Part shown: positions 57,496 through 64,000 of the stretch, piece by piece
Numbering within the stretch: position 1 is the first letter of the stretch
How the letters are laid out: the number at the start of each line of letters is the position of its first letter
NCBI GenBank assembly: GCA_022563685.1
Contig: JADFMY010000003.1
Span: forward strand, 4,505-68,504
Direction of reading: 5' to 3'
Origin: Pseudomonadota bacterium
GTDB lineage: Bacteria; Pseudomonadota; Gammaproteobacteria; GCA-001735895
DNA length: 64,000 bases
Notes under the pieces: model-generated
The model's input: the letters and a program-made list of their open reading frames with translations, nothing else
What the model was told of the DNA's origin: nothing
Databases searched by the model: none
Position numbers and translations under genes: made by a program

Positions 57496-60400
57496 TTACT
57501 GTAGCCATTTCCTTGCGTTCCTGAACATGCGCATCCAGGGTCCATACTCTCCCCAATCGGGTGACTGCCAGGAATTCTGTACGCTACGAAAGATGCGCTC
57601 CGGGTGCGGCATCAGAATCGTAAATCGACCGTCTTCATTGGTGAACCCGTTTAATCCAAGTGCCGATCCATTGGGATTAATCGGGTAGATTTCGCTCGCC
57701 TCGCCGTCCGCGTCGACATAACGAAGACAGGCATGGTGATGATCCAGTAACGTCTGGTTACTGCACTGCCGCTCCTCCACCCGGCCCTCGCCGTGAGCGA
57801 CGACCACCGGCATCCTCGAGCCGTGCATTTCATTGAGGAATAGCGATGGCGATTCGAGTACTTCGGCCATGACCACCCTGGCTTCAAACTGTTCAGACTT
57901 GTTTCGTACAAATCGTGGCCAGTTCGACGCGCCCGGTATCAACTGATGAAGATTCGACATCATTTGGCAACCATTGCATATACCGAGACCAAAACTGTTA
58001 TCTCGATCGAAAAATGCGGCAAATTCATCATAGGTGCGTGGGTTGTACAATATCGATTTGGCCCAGCCTTCCCCGGCGCCGAGCACATCGCCGTAGGAAA
58101 ATCCGCCGCAAGCTGCTATGCCCTGAAACTCGGCCAGGCTGGTGCGTCCTTCCAGGATATCGCTCATGTGCACATCGAAGGGAATGAACCCGGCCCGCTC
58201 GAAAGCAGCCGCCATTTCTACCTGACCGTTAACGCCCTGTTCGCGCAAAATAGCGATGCGCGGCCTGTTATCACCAATAAATGGGGCAGCAACATCGTCG
58301 CGCGGGTCGAAGCTTAAATTCGAAAACAGCGTTGGTTTTTGATTGTTCAGGAGCAAATCGTACTCCTGCTGCACACAGTCGGGGTTGTCGCGCAGCATCT
58401 GCATCTGATACGAGGTTTCTGACCAGGCGCGCCTGAGAGAAATAATGGACTCGCTCAAAACCGTATTATCGCGATGCCTGATCACCAGGGCCTCGGACCC
58501 GGCAGGCTGACCAATCGAATGACTGATATCGGCGAGGCCAAAACGACCCAGCACTTCGTACACACGCCCGAGCTGAGATTGCGACACCTGGATCACGGCG
58601 CCGAGCTCTTCGGCGAACAGTATCGACATCGGTATTTCGCCGAGACCCGATATATCGCAATCGAGGCCGCTGCGTCCTGCGAAAGCCATCTCGCAAAGTG
58701 TCGTTACCAGGCCACCGTCGGAACGGTCGTGGTAAGCCAGAATCGCATCCTGCTCGATCAATTTCTGTATCGCGCCAAAGAATGACTTGAATAAGGCGAT
58801 GTCGTCCATATCGGGGCCGATATCGCCGGTTTGCCGGTATACCTGCGCCAGGGCCGACGCACCGAGGCGATTTTGACCGTAACCCAGATCGATCAATATG
58901 AGCGTCGAACCCTCATCGCAGGGTTTGATGTCGGGCGTAATCACTTTGCGCACATCGGGCACCGGCGCGAAGGCCGATATAATCACCGACAGCGGCGCGG
59001 TCACCGTCTTGGTTTTTTTTCCATCCTGCCAGGTCGTCTTCATCGACAAGGAATCCTTACCCACTGGAATGGTGATACCCAGCTGTGGGCAGACCTCCAT
59101 ACCCAGCGTGTGAACCGTATCGAACAGGCGCGCGTCTTCGCCATCGTGGCCTGCCGCGGCCATCCAGTTGGCCGACAAAACCGTGCGTGACAGGTCGCCG
59201 ACCCAGGCCGAAGCCATATTAGTCAGGGCTTCGCCTAGCGCCATGCGGCCAGAGGCTGGTGCATCGAGAATCGCGAGCGGCGTCCTTTCGCCCATGCTCA
59301 TAACCTCACCGCTATATCCCTGGTAATCGGTGAGCGTAACCGAAGCATCGGCTACCGGTACCTGCCAGGGGCCGACCATTTGATCGCGCGCAATCAGACC
59401 ACCGACCGAGCGATCCCCAATACTGATGAGGAAAGTCTTGTCGGCTACCGCAGGCAATTTCAATACGCGGTAGAGCGCTTCCCTGATTTCGATGCCACTG
59501 GTATCGAAGGGTTTCTGTGAAACCGCTACACGTTTCGCATCTCGATGCATCTTCGGTGCTTTGCCGAGCAGGATTTCCAGCGGCAGATCGACCGGTAAAT
59601 TATCGAAATGAGGGTCTCTTAGGCGCAAAACTTTTTCCTCGGTTGCCTTGCCGAGTACTGCATAGATGCACCGTTCGCGCTGACACAGGCGGAGAAAGTC
59701 ATCCAGACGCTCATCTGCAATCGCCAGTACATAGCGTTCCTGGCTTTCGTTGCACCAGATTTCCATCGGCGACATGCCCGCTTCATCGTTAGGCACCGCA
59801 CGCAAATCCAGCTCGGCTCCGCGCCCGGCATCGTTCACCAGTTCCGGCAAGGCGTTCGACAGTCCGCCTGCGCCGACATCATGAATCGACAGGATCGGAT
59901 TGTTTGCACCCTGCGCAAAACAACGGTCGATCACTTCCTGCACGCGTCGCTCCATTTCTGGATTTCCGCGTTGTACCGAGGCGAAATCAAGATTCTCACT
60001 ACTGCTGCCACTGGCCATAGACGAGGCTGCCCCACCACCGAGTCCAATCAACATAGCGGGGCCACCGAGCACCAGGATATTTGCGCCGGGAGGAATATCT
60101 TTCTTGTCTATGTGTTCGCGTCGAATCGAACCGACGCCACCGGCGACCATGATCGGCTTGTGGTAGCCGCGAATTTCTGTCCCGTTTGCGGTTTTTACCA
60201 CCTGCTCGTAGGTACGGAAAATGCCGCAGGTATTCGGGCGGCCAAATTCATTGTTAAACGACGCGGCGCCAATCGGCCCCTCGATCATGATATCGAGAGC
60301 CGACACGATTCGTCCGGGTTTACCTCTATCCTGCTCCCAGGGTTGTTCAAATCCTGGAATTTTCAAATTAGAAACCAGAAACCCGCACAGCCCTGCTTTG

Positions 60401-61374
60401 GGTTTAGATCCGATTCCCGTCGCACCTTCGTCGCGTATTTCACCCCCCGAACCGGTCGCAGCGCCGGGAAACGGCGATATCGCGGTTGGATGATTGTGGG
60501 TTTCGACTTTCATCAAGATGTCGAGTTGTGCATCTTCGTAACGGTAATCGCCCTGTTCGCTCGATGGCGCCAGTTTGCGGCCGGCAAACCCCTCGATCAC
60601 CGCTGAATTGTCATGGTATGCGGACAGGATACCCGCGCTACGCATCGCATAGGTGTTCTTGATCATCTGGAACAGAGAGACATCCTGATCCTCACCGTCG
60701 ATAGTCCAGCTGGCGTTAAATATCTTGTGGCGGCAATGCTCGGAATTCGCCTGCGCGAACATCATCAATTCGACATCGGTCGGGTTGCGCCGCAAACCCG
60801 TGTAGGCATCGGCCAGATATTCAATTTCATCTTCAGACAAAGCAAGCCCAAGTTCCAGGTTAGCCTGGGTCAACGCGCCGTGCCCCTGATTTATCACATC
60901 GATCATCGCCAGGGGGCGGGGATCGTGATTCTGAAATAACATTGCACAATCCTCGAGATCCATGAAAACCGCCTCGATCATGCGGTCGTGCAATAGCGCT
61001 GCAACGGATTCCCGGGAACTACTCGAAAGACAATCCACCGTATACTGGATGCCCCTCTCCATGCGATGGATTTGAGTTAATCCGCATTGATGGGCAATAT
61101 CGGTAGCCTTGCTCGCCCAGGGTGAAATAGTGCCAGGGCGTGGAAAGACGTAATAATCAGCACCAGCAGTATCACTTTGACTGGTGGCCGGGCCATAGGT
61201 CAAAAGATTATCGAGAATACTATTTTCTGCTTCACTCAATGCTGACGAGGTATCAACCAGGTGGATAAAGCGGCTACTGAGTCCTCGAATTTCGAAGCCC
61301 TGTTTGCTGAACTGTTGTCTTAATTTCTGGAGCCTGAAATCGGATAACGCCGGACTACCGGGAAGACATAGCAT
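57496..61374 (-). CDS. purL: Phosphoribosylformylglycinamidine synthase (large PurL)
   Basis: [36 protein letters not shown], glutaminase GICNGCQ and MPHPER. Confidence 0.98.
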   Translation of the reverse strand: MLCLPGSPALSDFRLQKLRQQFSKQGFEIRGLSSRFIHLVDTSSALSEAENSILDNLLTYGPATSQSDTAGADYYVFPRPGTISPWASKATDIAHQCGLTQIHRMERGIQYTVDCLSSSSRESVAALLHDRMIEAVFMDLEDCAMLFQNHDPRPLAMIDVINQGHGALTQANLELGLALSEDEIEYLADAYTGLRRNPTDVELMMFAQANSEHCRHKIFNASWTIDGEDQDVSLFQMIKNTYAMRSAGILSAYHDNSAVIEGFAGRKLAPSSEQGDYRYEDAQLDILMKVETHNHPTAISPFPGAATGSGGEIRDEGATGIGSKPKAGLCGFLVSNLKIPGFEQPWEQDRGKPGRIVSALDIMIEGPIGAASFNNEFGRPNTCGIFRTYEQVVKTANGTEIRGYHKPIMVAGGVGSIRREHIDKKDIPPGANILVLGGPAMLIGLGGGAASSMASGSSSENLDFASVQRGNPEMERRVQEVIDRCFAQGANNPILSIHDVGAGGLSNALPELVNDAGRGAELDLRAVPNDEAGMSPMEIWCNESQERYVLAIADERLDDFLRLCQRERCIYAVLGKATEEKVLRLRDPHFDNLPVDLPLEILLGKAPKMHRDAKRVAVSQKPFDTSGIEIREALYRVLKLPAVADKTFLISIGDRSVGGLIARDQMVGPWQVPVADASVTLTDYQGYSGEVMSMGERTPLAILDAPASGRMALGEALTNMASAWVGDLSRTVLSANWMAAAGHDGEDARLFDTVHTLGMEVCPQLGITIPVGKDSLSMKTTWQDGKKTKTVTAPLSVIISAFAPVPDVRKVITPDIKPCDEGSTLILIDLGYGQNRLGASALAQVYRQTGDIGPDMDDIALFKSFFGAIQKLIEQDAILAYHDRSDGGLVTTLCEMAFAGRSGLDCDISGLGEIPMSILFAEELGAVIQVSQSQLGRVYEVLGRFGLADISHSIGQPAGSEALVIRHRDNTVLSESIISLRRAWSETSYQMQMLRDNPDCVQQEYDLLLNNQKPTLFSNLSFDPRDDVAAPFIGDNRPRIAILREQGVNGQVEMAAAFERAGFIPFDVHMSDILEGRTSLAEFQGIAACGGFSYGDVLGAGEGWAKSILYNPRTYDEFAAFFDRDNSFGLGICNGCQMMSNLHQLIPGASNWPRFVRNKSEQFEARVVMAEVLESPSLFLNEMHGSRMPVVVAHGEGRVEERQCSNQTLLDHHHACLRYVDADGEASEIYPINPNGSALGLNGFTNEDGRFTILMPHPERIFRSVQNSWQSPDWGEYGPWMRMFRNARKWLQ

Positions 61375-61613
61375 ATTGATTTGTTTCGCAAACAGGGGCG
61401 GATAAAAGAGCGCAAATAATAACGGAAAAGCTGGGGCGCTCCAACACTATCGCCAATTGCTCGTGTGACTGATACTCGACCTGAGATCTCAAAAAGATTA
61501 TGCTGGTTCGTCGAGTCGGGGTGGATTTCCATTTGATTGGTAATATTTTGATATCAAGTCAACCGGTCCCCCTTGTCCTCAGTACGTTTATTCAACAGCT
61601 GGCATTACTTATA

Positions 61614-62153
61614 GTGCACCATCGACTGGAAGCCCAATTAAATAGTTTAGCCAACTATGCGCAGTGCCTGAGCCGCGACCGTGAAAATGCTCGCGACCTG
61701 GTCCAAAGTTGCGTAGTAAAAGCACTGGCAGCTAAAAGAGTTCCGTCTGATCAGGGTGCTTATAGATCCTGGTTGCACAAAATCCTCAGGAATATTTTCC
61801 TCGACAATCTGCGCAAAAAGGCAACCGATGACAATATCCTACACGATTTGATGGAAAGATCTGAATTCGATGGGAATAACCAGCAAGAATCGTGCGTTTA
61901 TACCCTTGAGCAAAGAAAAATCAATATCTTGGCGGTTCATGAAGGTTTGGAGAAGTTGAATGTTAGTCAGCGGGAAATTCTGGTATTGGTCGATATGGCC
62001 GGTTTCAGCTATAGTGAAGCTGCTGATATCCTGCAGTTGCCAATAGGTACGATTATGAGCAGGCTTAGTCGATCCCGGAATGCGCTATTACGGGAAATGG
62101 ATGGATTAAATACAGGGCCGGTTGCTGTAGCCGCCACGGGAAAGAGTAAATGA
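61614..62153 (+). CDS. ECF sigma factor (ECF26-like)
   Basis: YAQCL......ARDLVQ, RSWL.KILRN.FLD, REILVL....GFSYSEAA.IL..PIGTIMSRLSR.R. Start uncertain (GTG 61614 chosen; the ORF extends to 61500). Confidence 0.88.
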   Translation: MHHRLEAQLNSLANYAQCLSRDRENARDLVQSCVVKALAAKRVPSDQGAYRSWLHKILRNIFLDNLRKKATDDNILHDLMERSEFDGNNQQESCVYTLEQRKINILAVHEGLEKLNVSQREILVLVDMAGFSYSEAADILQLPIGTIMSRLSRSRNALLREMDGLNTGPVAVAATGKSK

Positions 62154-62944
62154 ATGCTCGTTATAAGCTGGAAACGCTGAACGCCTACGTAGACGGTGAA
62201 CTTTCCGCGCGAGAGGTTGCGGAAGTTGCCAATGCTATTGCGACGAATCCCGAATTAGCCCGACAGGCGGCAACCCTGAGCTCTCTCAAGGCGACCCTGG
62301 CTTCCACCAGTTGTGACAGGCTGGAACCACTCGATATGGATTTTACGCTCAAGCAAAAGTCACGACTCCGCTGGGTAGCCGCTTTTGCCGGCCTTATCAT
62401 AACGGGTGCCGTATTAGCAGTATTGTTTCTGAATAACGCCTCATTGCTACCCAACCAGGGGTTGGAACTGGCAGAGCAGGCGCACAGGAGTTGGCTGGAG
62501 GAAGAATTGGCACCTATGGAACCAGGTCTACATCAGGCTTCGGCCCTGGATCTCGATCGTCTTCAAATTGACGCCTATGTGCCGGACTTGTCTGAGGTCA
62601 ATCTGACGTTTAGCGGCGTACGTAAAATTTCCTCTGGAAAATCAAGGGGCATGCATATTGGCTACCGGGGCCCGAGTGGATGTATGGTCAGTCTGGTAGT
62701 TTTAAATAACACGGTCGGATTATCTTACGAGTTGACATATTTCGAGAGGCGGGGGCATTTGCTATATGGCTGGCAGGTAAAACGAACGGGGTTTTACTTA
62801 CTGGCCTACAAAATGGATCCGGCGAGGCTCTCTGAAGTGGCACGAGTAGTCAACAAGCTGACCCGGGAGAGATTGCCTCTCGATCCCGATTCAATCATCG
62901 CTCTCAATGAGGCTCGATCCGGGAGTAAACCCTGCCTTGCCTGA
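62150..62944 (+). CDS. Membrane-anchored anti-sigma factor
   Basis: LNAYVDGELS N-terminus, one TM, periplasmic domain with PDLS and Y.GP.GC..SL; overlaps the sigma stop codon (ATGA). Confidence 0.85.
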   Translation: MNARYKLETLNAYVDGELSAREVAEVANAIATNPELARQAATLSSLKATLASTSCDRLEPLDMDFTLKQKSRLRWVAAFAGLIITGAVLAVLFLNNASLLPNQGLELAEQAHRSWLEEELAPMEPGLHQASALDLDRLQIDAYVPDLSEVNLTFSGVRKISSGKSRGMHIGYRGPSGCMVSLVVLNNTVGLSYELTYFERRGHLLYGWQVKRTGFYLLAYKMDPARLSEVARVVNKLTRERLPLDPDSIIALNEARSGSKPCLA

Positions 62945-63005
62945 TGCTGCTGGCACCTCAAGCCCCCTCTAAAAACTAATATCTCTTAAATTCCAACCGA
63001 CAAAG

Positions 63006-63031
63006 GGAATAAAACCACCTGCTCCATCGTT
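63006..63031 (+). promoter_or_regulatory. ECF26-type promoter upstream of the YeiH exporter
   Basis: GGAATAAAA...CGTT (GGAAT-N17-CGTT) directly downstream of the sigma/anti-sigma pair. Confidence 0.6.
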
Positions 63032-63153
63032 CTATTAATGTACCTGCTAAAGAGGGTAAAAGCCGGGTACGGGTGCCTGTGGGTAGAGAATCTCTAGATA
63101 AATAGCCTCCAGGCGTAAATTTGATGGGCTAAATAATAATTGTGGGGGTCAGA

Positions 63154-64000
63154 ATGGTCTATACAAAAAAACATCCCGCCTTGCTAATCATGGGCATTCT
63201 TTTCGTAGCAATTGCCTACATGGCCGATTCCGGGGCTATGGCTGGCTTAATCGATTATCTCAGTGCTAAAAAATATGTCGGTGAAATGGTTGCCATGGGC
63301 TATGCCTTCGGTGCAGTAGGAGCCCTCGTGGGTCTCTGGCATCTGGCAGGCAGTCATAAAGAAGGTAATCTTGACTACTTTTTGTCGGCGATCGCCGGTG
63401 GATTTTTCATCCTGCTGGTCGCGATGTTGATACGTTGGTATCTGGCGCCACTAGTCGCGGTAATCAGCAAGGGTATTGGACCCGTCATGGGTGCGAAGTA
63501 CCTGCATCAGGTGCTGGGGCTCAACTACATTGTACTGGGTATTCTCGCCGGTATCATTATCGTTAACGTGTTCAGGATTCCCGCATGGGCTGAAAACGGA
63601 ATTCGTCTGTCTCGCCTCGGCCTGAAAACCGGTGTTATTCTGCTCGGCACTCTGTACAGCCTGGCTGAGCTCCAATCACTTGGAAAGCTATCAGCGATAA
63701 TGGTCGGTATCTTCGTGCTCGGTTCCGTTGGTCTGGTATTGATACTGGGACGGATGCGCAATATTCCAAACTCGATGGCTGGCGTACTTTCAGCCGGCAT
63801 GGGTGTCTGCGGTGTGTCCGCCGCGGTGGCTACGGCGCCGGTAGTGCAGGCCAAGGCTGTTGAGATTGCCTACACCATTGGTACCATCCTCATCTGGGGT
63901 GTCGGCTGTATGTTCCTGTTCCCGATTGTCGGGCATTTGCTGGATCTGGGTCACATTCAATTCGGTGCCTGGGCAGGAACCGGGATTCTGAATTCAGCAC
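63154..64000 (+). CDS. YeiH / putative sulfate exporter family membrane protein (truncated by the window end)
   Basis: Manual translation from ATG 63154 is open to the end: MVYTKKHPALL...LKTGVILLG...GMGVCGVSAAVATAP...FGAWAGTGILNSA. Confidence 0.88.
   Translation, partial: MVYTKKHPALLIMGILFVAIAYMADSGAMAGLIDYLSAKKYVGEMVAMGYAFGAVGALVGLWHLAGSHKEGNLDYFLSAIAGGFFILLVAMLIRWYLAPLVAVISKGIGPVMGAKYLHQVLGLNYIVLGILAGIIIVNVFRIPAWAENGIRLSRLGLKTGVILLGTLYSLAELQSLGKLSAIMVGIFVLGSVGLVLILGRMRNIPNSMAGVLSAGMGVCGVSAAVATAPVVQAKAVEIAYTIGTILIWGVGCMFLFPIVGHLLDLGHIQFGAWAGTGILNSA

Noticed and set aside
57651-60939. Numerous antisense and alternate-frame ORFs over purL (e.g. 59881..60606, 241 aa), and similar shadow ORFs across the window
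   Set aside because: They fully overlap well-supported genes, have no motifs, and are expected from codon bias on the opposite strand.

Overview
A gene-dense chromosomal window from a free-living gammaproteobacterium, probably a sulfur oxidiser (inferred from aprBA, a persulfide dioxygenase-rhodanese fusion, a YeiH exporter, and gamma-type isc, T2SS and purL genes). From left to right it contains: (1) a minus-strand formyl-CoA/oxalate-type cluster (AceK-like kinase, tctCBA transporter, GntR, non-canonical ThDP lyase, frc, a stand-alone ALDH1L1-like formyltransferase, a PanE-like reductase and a truncated hypothetical gene), with a divergent FAH-family + GGT-family pair; (2) MFS, PDO-rhodanese, NERD protein, a TRAP transporter with very large DctQ/DctM, AEC transporter and DUF192; (3) a DSF quorum-sensing locus rpfG-rpfC/rpfF; (4) an isc operon with no iscU, a short IscS and an IscR missing most Fe-S ligands; (5) trmJ, suhB, aprBA and a YkgJ protein; (6) T2SS gspE-N with an embedded rhombosortase, then msrPQ; (7) an orphan solute-binding protein, histidine kinase, response regulator and GGDEF/EAL cassette; (8) purL; (9) ECF sigma/anti-sigma upstream of a YeiH exporter. 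A non-autonomous IS5-like MITE family occurs in three forms (about 476 bp, 27 bp and a 95-bp end). No rRNA, tRNA, CRISPR array or transposase was seen. The best candidate for an undescribed system is the formyl-CoA cluster, where the ALDH1L1-like enzyme may move formyl groups between CoA and tetrahydrofolate. All family assignments come from motif recognition and recalled reference sequences, not database searches.
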